DNA from: the human T2T-CHM13v2.0 reference genome, Homo sapiens
Assembly: GCF_009914755.1 (NCBI RefSeq)
Contig: NC_060930.1
Reading direction: 5' to 3' (one strand)
Length of the DNA stretch: 64,000 nucleotides
The notes under the pieces were generated by a model. That model had not been told where the DNA came from. It worked only from the letters and a program-made list of their open reading frames with translations, and did not search any database. Position 1 is the first letter of the stretch; every line of letters starts with the position of its first letter. Positions 1 to 10,483 of this stretch are shown piece by piece. The position numbers and the translations under genes are program-made.

Positions 1-108
1 CAAAAGATGTATACTATTACACCAAAGACATGGACTGAAGGTTACCATCCTCAGAAAGTGAATACTCATCTATCTACTCTCAAATGGATGAATGGCAATT
101 TCTAGCAG
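1..108 (+). pseudogene. Pseudo-exon A (LRR), truncated by the window start
   Basis: HLSTLKWMNGNF at 67-102 fits LxxLxLxGN; a 1-nt shift continues as FLAG; donor CAG|GTAAAA at 108/109. Confidence 0.5.
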
Positions 109-293
109 GTAAAATGTTGTCTTTGGTATACCTCAAAGTATTGCTTCTTCAAAGCAAAACAAACAACTTCAAGACTTAAGGGGATTTTGTATATTCATAG
201 ATAAATTAGTCTATAAGATTGCATAAAATATATACATTATCTTAAAATAGCTATTTATAATCTGACTCTCTGAACTGTGACTACTTTATACAG

Positions 294-450
294 GCTTTCT
301 TCCAACTGATTGTCACTGTGGTATGATTTTGACATTTGATTTTAGTCAAAAGGTGTTTTTGGGGGGCTGTGAACTTCTCCACAAGTTTTTGTCATGAAAC
401 ATGCCTAACAAAGAGAATGGCTGTTAAAAGAATGGCACAATGAATACCAA
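294..450 (+). pseudogene. Pseudo-exon B (LRR); 3' end uncertain
   Basis: Acceptor ctttatacag| at 293; phase-1 frame reads FLPTDCHCGMILTFDFSQKVFLGGCELLHKFLS*N (LxxFDFSQ and FxGxxxLxxFLSxN). Confidence 0.45.
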
Positions 451-484
451 GTTAACTTTCATTCAGATTCATATTTAGCTCTCT

Positions 485-645
485 ATGTATACACACAGAT
501 ATATATGTATAAATACATGTAAATGTGTAAATATATAAATATAACATGATCAAAATATATTTATTATATAAAATATATTTTTAAAATAACATAAAATATT
601 TAAATACAAATATGATTATAAAGTGTTAAATTATAAATATATATG
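485..645. repeat. AT-rich / (TA) low-complexity tract
   Basis: Runs of tata and aata, almost no G or C. Confidence 0.7.
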
Positions 646-659
646 GCCACATGTTTTAA

Positions 660-930
660 AATAAATTTAGCCATCGTGATATTTCACCCCTAATTATACT
701 AGCATTTGTTTTAAAAGAACAACATCCTATATAACTGTGATACCATTATTATATCTAAGAAAACAATAATTCCATAGAAATAATTTCATAATATCTAGCA
801 CGCAGTACATACTCAAATTTCTGCAAGTGTTTCAATAATGTTTTTTATAATAATTGTTTATTTCTTAAACCAGGATCCAATCAAGTGTCACACATTGCAA
901 TTTGTTGTTATGTCTCTTTAGCCTTTGTTT
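660..930 (-). mobile_element. Old L1 3' fragment (L1MC/L1ME-type)
   Basis: caggatccaatcaag...cacattgcaatttgttgttatgtctct is a typical antisense L1MC 3' UTR motif. Confidence 0.6.
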
Positions 931-1132
931 CAAATTGTCAGCACTGTCCACATATGCAATTTTAAATCTTCTAATAACCACATTAAAAAGGAAAAAGAAA
1001 CAGTTGAAATTAATTTCAAGCCTATATTGCTTTAATGCAGCCTCTCTAAAACTTGATGATTTTAACATGTAATCAAAATAAACACATTAATAAAAGATTG
1101 TACATTCTTTTTTTTTCATGATAAATCTTCAG

Positions 1133-1553
1133 AATCTGGCACATTTGACCTTTGCCGTGGATGTCAGTGAGGACCAGCTGTGTTTGCCTCTTAACAGCCA
1201 CCCACGGCTGGTGGTAATGCGAATCTTCCCAGCTTCTTATTTTCATGATAGGATCCCTCAGCTTTTAAAGAGTGCTATTTTTCTGCATTTTACTTTTCAA
1301 ACCAAATTCAAGGAAGAAAAGTAATGTTCTTATTAGAGAAATAAACAACACACTTTAATTTCAAGATTTGAGGAAGCTTTTCCTGGCTCCAGGCTATTAA
1401 TAACAGTACGTTCTCAGGGTGCAGCATTTTTTACTTCAGTATCATCAGACGCTTCACTACACATTTGCTATTTTAGATTGCTGCATGAGATCATGGCAAA
1501 CAAATGGAAAACAGTCTTGCTGCTTTCCAAAATCTAAGCCTTAAATAGGCACG
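1133..1553 (+). pseudogene. Pseudo-exon C (several LRRs)
   Basis: Acceptor tcttcag| and donor ACG|GTAAGA. Motifs VDVSEDQL (1157-1180), DPSAFKEC (1252-1275), FSNQIQG (1294-1314), FQDLRKLFL (1359-1385), LQAINNSTFSGC (1387-1422) and HGKQMENSLAAFQNLSL (1492-1542), spread over three frames. Confidence 0.7.
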
Positions 1554-1708
1554 GTAAGAAAATAGAAATTTTATTAAGTAATTGATAGTTTTTAAAGAAC
1601 TGTAAATTAGGAAACCTGAAGTTTCATTTAAAACTTACTAAATGAACAGTTTTTTAAACTTGGAACACTCCTTATAATAGAAGGAGCACATTGATAAACT
1701 GCTGTTGG

Positions 1709-3920
1709 CATTCATTTATTCTTTTATTCATTCAGCGTTTCATTGTTGAGAAACTGTTCAAGGCACTAGAGATAAACCAGTGAATGCACGAATTCCTCCC
1801 TCATTTAGCTTAGGTACAGTGGAGTGGGGTGAGAAACAGCTCATAACAAACTAAATCACAGGAGTCTATGTCGTACATGATATGGATAAAAGGCAAGAAG
1901 GGCGATTAGGACATGCCAAGGATGGAATGGGGTTGCAATTCTGAATAAGGCATTCGAGGAAAAACTCATTGAGAAGGGGGCATTTCAGCACAAATTTGAA
2001 GAAAGTGAGGGGAAGGGCCATGTGGCTCACTGGGCCCATGTGCTGTGCTGACCCTGGGCTGGAGGGGTCCCTGGTGCGTGGACAGAGCAGGATGGAAGCC
2101 AGGGCCCAGGGCAGTGGGGAAGCCACCTTGCAGGTGGAAGCCCAGGAGGACCTTAGGAAGACATGCACACACAGCGGGTGTTGAAAGCCACAAGACCAGG
2201 GCAGGGCGCAAGGCAGTAAGTGTGGACTGAGAAGGAAGGACATCCAAAGACTGGCCCTGGGACGTCCAATATTTAGGGAAATGGGAAGATAAAGATTCAG
2301 CAAGCACCTGAGACAGCACAGCCAGGTGCTGGAAGACACCAGTAGGGTGTGGTGCCCCAGGAGCCCTGTGAAGGAATCATTTCCACAAAGCAGAGTTGGC
2401 AGCTGCCCGTCAGTACTCCTAACAGGTGAGTGACATGAGGGCTGCCGTCTGACCCCTAGGTGGCTCTGGGGGGACCTTGACCAAAGCCACTTTAGTGATG
2501 CAAAAGCTTGATTGATGTGAATTTCAGGATAATGGGAAGAGAGAGATTTGAAACTGAGTATAGAAAATTCTGGAGACATTTTGCTCCAAAGGAGAAGAGT
2601 AAGGAGCTGGTAGCTAGAGAGAGAATTGAGGGGACAACAATGAAAATTAATAGAAGAAACAAATGCACATTTGTATGTCCCAGGCAATGAAGCACTGGAA
2701 GTAAGGGACTATTGATGCAGGGAGAAAACGGTGATTTGCTGAAACAGTGTCCTCAAGCAGGTGAGAAAGGCAGGAATGGGCTAAGTGGAGCACAGGTGGT
2801 TCAGCTGTTCTGCAGCCTGCAGGGAAGGCAGAGAGCATGGCAGGCCCAGTGCTGGGCAGTGTGGACATTGTGTGGTGGACAAGTGTCAACTGCTCTTCTG
2901 AGCTCTTCTGTCTTCTTGGTGAAATAAGAAACAAGGTCATCATCTCTGCCCCAGGAAGGGAGAGGAACTATGGGAGGTTCTATGGGAATAGAAAGTATGG
3001 AATCATCATCTAGAAGAAAGGAAAGTGGATGGATGAGGGAAACATAGTGATGGCCCAGCAGCACCAAAGACCACTGGAAGTTTGTGGCCATGAATTCAAA
3101 GTGAGACCTGTCAGTATCATCTTGTGACCTCCCAGCACATTCAACTGCATGAGCACAAGTACAAAGCAGGTAGTGAACTGTGTTTAAACAGAATTGTGCT
3201 TTTTCCAGGAGAGGAGGAAGAAGGGGGAAGACATTGAAGTCTAATGTGATGGCTCCTAATTCTTACAATGCTGGAACCAGGGAATTCACACTGGGAGAGA
3301 ACAGGAGGGAGGCCTGAGCGTGAGGAGGCATTGAGAAAGGAGGGAGGATCTCTTTTGTTCCTGTGAGGCTGGAAAATGATTGGAATGGTGGTGCTGGAGG
3401 GAATTAGGAAGACAGTCCTGGCTGGAGAGTGAATGCCTGAACTTGAGATTATGCAATAATTGATATGGTGATGTATGGGGCATAATTAGGAGTTAAGGGA
3501 GAGGGCAATGTCATTACGAGAGAAAACCAAGGAACTGAGAGATCAGGAACATCTATGCGGTTGCTGATATCACAGAGAATCAGGACAGGAGTGGTGCTGA
3601 AGAAAGTAAGAGTGACCTGGGGCTCCCATCTTCAGGGAACTAGTGATGAGGCCTGAGTGTGCAGCTAATGATGTGAGACTCAACTTGATCATTGCTTGTT
3701 GGTTTGTTTTGTTCTGTTTATAGAAAAGAAGGAGGAGGGAGGAGAAATGGGAATGAGGAGCAGAGGGCACACATTCTCCTCCAGCCCCAGCAGTATGAGG
3801 GCATGGGAGACCACCCCTGGTAAGGCCTTGAAGGCAGTGCTGTCCTGTGGAAGGGACAAACTCCCCTTAGAGAAGGTGATGGGAGGGTTCAGCGAAGATT
3901 CAGAAATTGATTTTGCAAAG
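1709..3920 (-). mobile_element. L2 LINE fragments
   Basis: Starts with a cattcatt tail and aggcactagagata...gtgaa; purine-rich antisense L2 body follows. Right boundary is approximate. Confidence 0.65.
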
Positions 3921-3949
3921 CAATGTAGTTTGTTTGCTTGTTTTGTTTT

Positions 3950-4161
3950 ACATTTTGATGGTTTTTAGTATATGTAGAGAGTTGTGCAGCCATCACCCCA
4001 AAAAGACACCAGCACTCATTAGCAGTCACTCCTCCCACTGGCCCCCAGCCCTAGGCAACCATTAATCTACTTTTCAACACTGTGAAGTTATCAATTCTGG
4101 ACATTTCATATACATGGAATTATACAATATGTGGCCTTTTGTGACTGGCTTCTTTCTCTTA
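3950..4161 (-). mobile_element. L1MB 3' end
   Basis: ccagccctaggcaaccattaatctactt...ctggacatttcatata...ggccttttgtgactggcttctttc. Confidence 0.75.
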
Positions 4162-4329
4162 TGCTATATGCTTTTGAGCACAATTTCAGAACAACTATTA
4201 CGTTCAATTATTTGTACCCTTGAATGCAACATTTTTTTGTTAGACGTAGAATGGTACAATGAAAGTGTGTATGCATGTGAATGAATTCTACTTAAACACT
4301 CACAAAAGTGTGATAGACACATGTGCATA

Positions 4330-5030
4330 CACACACTTTTGCTGCACCACTGTTTCTAGTGGCAAAGAACTGCAAATAATTATCAGGGGAATGAATAAAT
4401 AAATCATGGCCTAACTATACAAAGACAGCCTATGCCTTCGTTAAGGAGAATGAAGGATTTACATATGAGTACAGCATGATCAAAATTTCATATAAATTAA
4501 TAATAATATGTCAGTGCATGCATAGAGAAGAAAGTAATTGGGAAGATAAATACAAATTGTTGACAGTTATTACTTTTGGGAGCTCAGATCATGAGGAATT
4601 TTCTTTTTCTCTGCTTGGGAGTTCTATAAATTTTGTAATTTGTATAAAATACGAGTAACTATTTCATGAGCAGAACAAAATAAAAATAAAAGCAACATGG
4701 TAAGAATTGCACATTGCTTACATAATTTGATTTGGTTTCCTGAGAGTTCATCCTTTATGAGATAATTCAATAGGAAAAAAATGTTTAACATAACATTATC
4801 AATGGTGGAGAAAATGTTTATGTAACTTTATCTATGGTGAAGAAAAATCAAAAGCTCAGGGAAATGGGGAATTATATTTGTGATACATCACTTGATGGAA
4901 TAGTATGCAGCTATTAAAACGATTTTTGTGAATCCTGTAGAATTATGGAGAACTGCTTCTGAGACTACTTTGGAAAAACCCAGAACACACAACTGCATGC
5001 ATAATTATTGCGACCACAAGGCATTCATAG
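4330..5030 (+). mobile_element. L1ME-type 3' fragments
   Basis: Degenerate 'gaataaataaatcatgg' and 'atggaatagtatgcagctattaaaa' motifs. Confidence 0.5.
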
Positions 5031-5079
5031 AGATAGTCAAAGACTACAGTGAACTATAAAAAATGTTAATATTTTGCAG

Positions 5080-5324
5080 GGTGGAGCTGTCTCTTCTCAA
5101 AATAAAATTGGTAAGTTCCTTCTTACATTCACAGCCCTGAGTCTGGTGAATGACGGAACCATTTTATCAATGGCCTGTTGGATCTAATGAGATATCCAAG
5201 TTCTCATTTCAAATTTATTATGTCCCAAGCCCAGTTCTAGTATCTACAGCATCCCTCAAAAGTGAAAAGAATTATATGACTCCATCTTCCCAAACTACCA
5301 CAAAGACTAAACCACAGAGGAAGT
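5080..5324 (+). pseudogene. Pseudo-exon D (LRRs)
   Basis: Acceptor ttttgcag| and donor AGT|GTAAGA. VELSL plus a 1-nt shift gives SQNKIGKFLLTFTALSL; then QWPVGSNEISKF and SLKSEKNYM, with the candidate LRR Asn residues about 28 codons apart. Confidence 0.6.
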
Positions 5325-5499
5325 GTAAGAAAGTCTTAAGTTCTAATGTTTCCCAGCACAAAAATTTGCGTGCTTTTTTTCTAAAATATCAAATTATTTT
5401 GTAAAATGATGGTGCCTTCACTTTGCTGGTATCTTAAATTCATAATTAGGCTGCATTAACTTTTCTTCAAATTCTTCACTGAATTTAATGAATCATAAT

Positions 5500-6170
5500 T
5501 GTCCCAGGCAACCAGACTTGAAAATTGAAAATATTTTCTCTATTCTTTCCTTTATTCCCTGTAGCCAAATAAGTCACTAAATCAGCTCTTTCCTCCTTTG
5601 ACCTACCTCCTGGTGCTGTTCAGTGCCTTTATTCATGTGTCCACCATCCTAGGCTGTGCTCTCCTCTCAACCCCAGCTTGAGAGGTAAGTCTTCTCCACT
5701 TCTCCCCTTTCTCCCATCTCTGTGGGCTCCCATTTAACGTGCCTTCTCAAAACACTGTCTTTAACATCATACTCCCTTGCTCAAGAGCTTCCAGCAGCTT
5801 CCCTGGTGCCTGCTATTCAAGTCCAAAGTCCCTGCTCTTCAGTCTAGACCATCTTCAGAGCAGAACCAGTTTACTCTTTCAAGTTCCCTTGTCCTGCTCT
5901 GCAGCATAAGGATATAACTCTGCCCCAAGAAGTTCTCTCATGAGCTCTTAAAGAACAGGTCCCCTGCCTCTGAGCTCTGCTGAATGCTGCCTGGTACCTA
6001 GAGTGACTTCTTGCTTTCCAAATTCTGGCCATTAATTTGTCTCCCATTGCTTCTTTGCCTCTCTTTCTACCTCTCTGTAATTTATTGCACAAAATACTTA
6101 TATTCTGTATTACATATTTTGCTACTGCATTCATTCATTTCTTCAACAAACATTTATTGAGCATGCCTTC
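5500..6170. mobile_element. L2 fragments (both orientations)
   Basis: actcccttgctcaagagcttccagcagcttccc (sense); cattcattcatttcttcaacaaacatttattgagca at about 6128-6163 (antisense tail). Confidence 0.55.
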
Positions 6171-6306
6171 AGCAGAAGAAGGACTTTTTAAGCATTTTGT
6201 TAGTTTTATCTTACATAGTCCTCTAACTTCTTAGTGTCCATATGTTGCCTTTTTAACTAGTCTATAAATTCTTGCAATAAATGTAAATTACGTAGTTTGC
6301 TACTAG

Positions 6307-6893
6307 CTGGATTACAAGAAGAGAATAAAACCCAAGAGGAAAGCAATTGCACATGAAATATCAAAGAAAAGCTACACTATCAAAGAATCCTTGGACATGT
6401 GACTATGAAATACAAGAAAGCTGTCAGCAAAAATAAATCACTTCCTTCGTCGTATTGCTTCAGTTCCTTCTAATGTAGCCTGGCGCCACCGATAATAAAA
6501 ATAATCAGACTTTTTTAAGGTGGGGAGGGGAAACTTGATCCAAATTCGAATGCTAAATTTCCACAGATCATTTCATTTTATGACGTTTAGGCACTGGGAT
6601 ATTACCAATTGACTTAGCAAATAGTGAATGAGATGATTTGTCAATATATAGTCAGCAAATATTCACCAGTCTTGCAATCGATGTTGCTTAACTGCTATGA
6701 GAAGCCATCAGAGTAAGCTAGGGATCTGAGGGTGGTGGTGTTAACCGTCTCTGCTTTCCTGCAGTACAGATGCATGATGGCACATCTTTTGTTTCTTGTT
6801 TGTTTGACTCCAAAATGGAAACTTCTAATTATTTAATGAGAAATACCTTCCACAGCTATGTAGACAGGACCACTGTATTCTTCCCATCATCAG
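6307..6893 (+). pseudogene. Pseudo-exon E (LRRCT, transmembrane and juxtamembrane)
   Basis: Acceptor ctactag|. NIKEKLH(shift)LSKNPWTCDYEIQ; YCFS(shift)PSNVAW; LRVVVLTVSAFLQYRCMMAHLLFLVCLTPKWKL (from 6726); NYLMRNTFHSY. Ends at TCAG|gctatgt, which looks like a gtatgt donor with one inserted C. Confidence 0.7.
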
Positions 6894-7129
6894 GCTATGT
6901 TGGAGTCTTGAAGCTGGTAGCTTTCTTCTGCAACAAAATCTGTACCTTTTAAAACTCAAGGAACCTCAGGGGAAAAATTAGACCCCTATTCAGTGAGCTG
7001 CTCAGTTTTCTTCTGCTGCCTTTTTCCTATGTTTGTTCTGCTGTCCTTCATTCTTTGCATTCCTCCCAAGTGTGTTTATTTTATTTTTCCTTCTCTTCCA
7101 CCAATGACGTAACTAGATACATAATTATA

Positions 7130-8545
7130 TCTCTCTCCATTTATTAAAAATTGTTTTTGTTCATAAAACTAATATACTTTTTGAAGAAGATATAGACAAC
7201 ATGTAAAATAAAAAGAAGAAAATGAAAATTGCCTGTAATGCCACTACCTTCTGACAATTTTTCTAAGCTTGCATAATATCTTATAATAGGTCAGCTCCAT
7301 CATATCTCATAGTTATCATCATGAGGATTTTTTTCATGGTATTAAATATTCCTTAAACAACATGACTTTTTAGTTATGGTACAATGTTTTACTATATGGA
7401 ACCACTTAACCATTCCTTTTTTTGACCATCTGCATAATTTTTTAAATTTAGTTATTAAAATGTTCAGGACAGTCTCTTTCCAAAGTAAAGTCCTAATCAT
7501 ATTTTTTATTGTTCCTTAGGATAAATTCTTAGAAGTGAAATATCTAGAAGACTCAATACATTTTGATAATTTTATTTCCAGAGACTTGTGTTAAATTTTT
7601 CCCTCTAGTAACTTCTGAGAGTTCCAGGATGATGTATTTTTCACTCCACTATGTTCCTTCCTAATATCAGGCAAAGCAACATGAATTCTCACAGAGTTAT
7701 TTCTTTAGCATGTGTTCATTTGCTCCCATGCCTGCCACTCCTCTTCTGGCTGGTATAGCCAGGTTTATACCTCCTGCTACCAACTATTAATAAATCTCTT
7801 CTCTGCATGCCTGCACATACCATAGCTTCCATTTGCTCCTGAGAGAATCATCTTTTCCTTAAAACGTATTTTTTCCTTCCACCTTTCCTGCTCGGTCATT
7901 GGCACTGCCATTCTGAACCAGAATCTCAGAGCTGTCTTGGACAGCTACCTGCCCTCACTCATCTTCGGTGAGTCTGCCAGTGGAGCGCCTTGGCATCTTG
8001 CTTATTCTACTGTCTTCTCCCTAGCCTAGCTTGTCTGAACGCTTGCATTCCTAACTTGCTTTCCATCACAGTCTTTCCCCCTTCTTAGAATCCCCATGAT
8101 ATCTTTGATAGATGTGATTATGAAACTCTCCTGCTTTAACATTCATTGCTGAGAGAATTGTGGCCAGGTGCTTTAGCAAGGTGCAGTGATCTCGTCACAC
8201 CACAGGTCAGCATAGGACTGTCATCTCCAGCCTTCCCCTCGTGTCCACTCAGCCACTCCAACCAAAGACCGTGTCCTTCTGTCCTGTCTTACTTGGCCCA
8301 CTCCTGGCCTCTTGGGGGAATTTCCTTCCATTTTTCTCTCATCTTTCAATACTCAGTTCAAATGCCACTTCATTTCTACAGCTGACCTGACTGACTCCTT
8401 AGAGCGAAATAATTTTTGACCAAATTTTCCTTTTGCTGTGGTGATTGCATATATTTATTTGTTGATGTGATTATCTCCTCCTTTGAGCTCTTAGAGACCG
8501 GAAATGGTGAATTGAGAATCTTTGTGTCCCTAATGCCAACAAAAA
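7130..8545. mobile_element. L1ME (antisense, about 7130-7620) and L2 (sense, about 7860-8545) fragments
   Basis: ttccttaggataaattcttagaagtgaaat (L1ME); ctttcaatactcagttcaaatgccactt and gagctcttagagacc (L2). Confidence 0.5.
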
Positions 8546-8737
8546 GATGGTGCCACCCGCTTTCTCAGCTTGCAGTCTGTCTTCTTGGCACTTATCTAGG
8601 GACTCTTTTGTTGCTTTCTGTCCACGCTGTTCTTTTCGCTAGTTCTTATCACCAATTGCAGGAAGGTTTCAGGTTTCATTGTGTGCATTGATTGATGGTA
8701 TTCCTAAACTACCCATGAGATTTAATTTAATCTGTAG

Positions 8738-9064
8738 CAGATTATGTAGATGATCTTAAAAATTATATTGGATCCATTTCTAATCTGTTGCTTTGCAGTA
8801 GGAAATATGCAGAAAATATGAACCTTCAATGTGTTCCATCCAGAGGATCCCAGAACAGGAACAACCAACTGAGGTTGCTTCATGGTTAGTTGGTTGGATA
8901 TTTTGTGTCTCCCTTAAAAATAGTCAACACTCAAAAACTAGCAATTAAGTCAAAGAGACCTCTGAAGAAAGTGGAAGGATTTAGAGAGCAAAAGATGGTG
9001 CCTTCTAGAACAATAAAGATTACAAATTGATCCACTGAATAGTTTCCATCACACTGGTAGGATG
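8738..9064 (+). pseudogene. Pseudo-exon F (TIR box 1 to betaD)
   Basis: NAGNAG acceptor tctgtag|cag. YIGSISN (box-1-like YxxFISY), FNVFHPEDPRTG at 8825-8860 (box-2-like), KLAIKSKRPL, SKRWCLLE at 8987-9010 (SxWCxxE), IVSITL. Donor ATG|GTAAGT. Confidence 0.65.
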
Positions 9065-9309
9065 GTAAGTGGTTTTTAAAATTTCCAACCATTAGTCATA
9101 GATTTGTTGATTGTGGTCTTGCTCTGGTACTTGAACTTGTTTTGCAAATGCTGACCTTAACAGCTTTTCTTTTCTTCTCTTTTTGATCATAACCATAAGT
9201 GTTCTAGAATGAATAAGCTAGTACAAAATCATTCCATTGATGATTTGACAGGAAAACCAGCTTTAAAAAGTATATTTTTAGCCAGAATATGTTTTTCTCT
9301 TATCACTAG

Positions 9310-9357
9310 TTGCAGGAAGGTTTCAGTTTTCCTTGTGTGCTTTAATGTGCAGAACTG
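9310..9357 (+). pseudogene. Pseudo-exon G (48-nt phase 1-1 TIR micro-exon)
   Basis: Acceptor tttttctcttatcactag| and donor CTG|GTAAGG; open frame AGRFQFSLCALMCRT resembles the TIR 'RFxxLxxLMxR' helix. Confidence 0.6.
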
Positions 9358-9600
9358 GTAAGGTTTTTATCAACGTTAATCCTGGTGAACCGATCAATGA
9401 CTTCCTGGATACTAATATCCTTTTTTAGATTAATACTCTGAATGTATGAACCTGTTTTATCAGATAACTTAAACAATCAATCTCTTTGTGTGTTAATTGC
9501 TATTGAGGGTTAATGTTATTTATAAAATGAAATCAATATAATCTCTATTGCTCATTAACTGAGATGTTCTGGGCTCAATTCTGTTTTATTTTCCAATTAG

Positions 9601-9710
9601 GTTCTATTATTTTTCCTTATTGGCCCTTGAAAACTAGCTGTGGAAACAAACTTAATGGTTCTGAAAATGTCAGCGTCAACAACATGCCCTAATGGAAAAC
9701 CCCATAATAT
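9601..9710 (+). pseudogene. Pseudo-exon H (terminal, TIR box 3)
   Basis: Acceptor ttattttccaattag|. SIIFPYWP (WP at 9621-9626), then LW at 9638-9643 and NKL at 9645-9653 after shifts, matching WP...FWxxL. Confidence 0.6.
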
Positions 9711-10012
9711 ATGAATATAAAAAAGGAATGCATTTAATTATTGGAAATTGCAACATAGTTTATTATTATACATTTATCTCTTATTCTCATTTTTTAAAGG
9801 GCATGACTTCAGATCTATTAGTGAGATAAAAGCTTTCTCTCAGTAGTTTATTTCATTCTCAGTGGATAAAACCAACAGCCTCATGGTGCTCATGGTGCTG
9901 TAGAAAGGCAGCCCCCCAGCAGTGGGAAGGTCCGCTCCTTAAAGCCCTCCCTGCTTTAAGCCGCCTGGACAGCGTCTGCTTTAGTTCCTGCTTGGTGCAT
10001 CCCTTTGGGCTA

Positions 10013-10483
10013 TGTGGTGGGCTGTGGAATGGCCCCCGGGGTGCCCGCATCCTACTCCCTGGAATCTGTGGCTATGTCCCTTTACGAGGCAAAGGAGACT
10101 TTGCAGATGTGATTTAGTTAAATGTACTGAGGTGGGGGGTGATCTTGGATTATCTGGGTGGGGCCCATGTAATTACAGGGTCCTTGTGAGAGGAAGGCAG
10201 GAAGGCCAGAGAGAGAAGGAGATGTGACAGAGAAAGCCGACTGAAGCAGGTGACAGGACAGTGTGTCCAAGGAGTGTGGGCAGCCCTGGAGTCCGGGAAA
10301 GGCAGGGGCAATGATCCTCCAGAGGAGTGTCCAGCATGAGCCAGCTATGCCTACACCTGGGTCTTAAGCCAGTCAGACCCATTTTGGACATCCTGCCTCC
10401 AGGACTGTTGGGCAGTAGATCTATGATGCCTGAAGCCGCCTGGTCTGTAGTGATTTTCTGCAGAGGCAACAGGAAGCCAACAC
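10013..10483 (+). mobile_element. MaLR LTR, MLT1D-like
   Basis: TG...CA ends; ggcaaaggagactttgcagatgtgatt, ggattatctgggtgggccc, cccattttggacatcctgcctccag. Confidence 0.8.

Larger units (their letters stand above)
1..9710 (+). pseudogene. Decayed multi-exon Toll-like-receptor-like pseudogene (LRR-LRRCT-TM-TIR); 5' part lies outside the window
   Basis: Manual translation across frameshifts gives, in order: LRR motifs (67-102, 294-400, 1157-1542, 5084-5200), LRRCT LSKNPWTCDYEIQ (6377-6415), a hydrophobic segment (6726-6833) and TIR motifs (8764-9653). Most islands have GT/AG boundaries. Stops and frameshifts are numerous. Confidence 0.72.

Noticed and set aside
67-102. Naming the fossil TLR4 (the HLSTL...GN resemblance) or TLR12P
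   Set aside because: One short motif is generic to LRRs, and the intron-rich layout does not match what I know of those genes. No symbol can be given without alignment and synteny.
1866-2687. 273-aa minus-strand ORF
   Set aside because: It lies within L2-derived sequence, has no recognisable domain and has a low-information S/L/P composition.
5111-5134. Apparent GTAAGT...CACAG mini-intron
   Set aside because: At 24 nt it is too short to splice, and it reads through in frame as LRR-like SQNKIGKFLLTFTAL.
6520-6764. Apparent introns of about 47-52 nt inside pseudo-exon E (and about 39 nt at 8885-8923)
   Set aside because: These are below the usual minimum intron length. The sequences fit better as decayed coding sequence, including the start of the TM segment.
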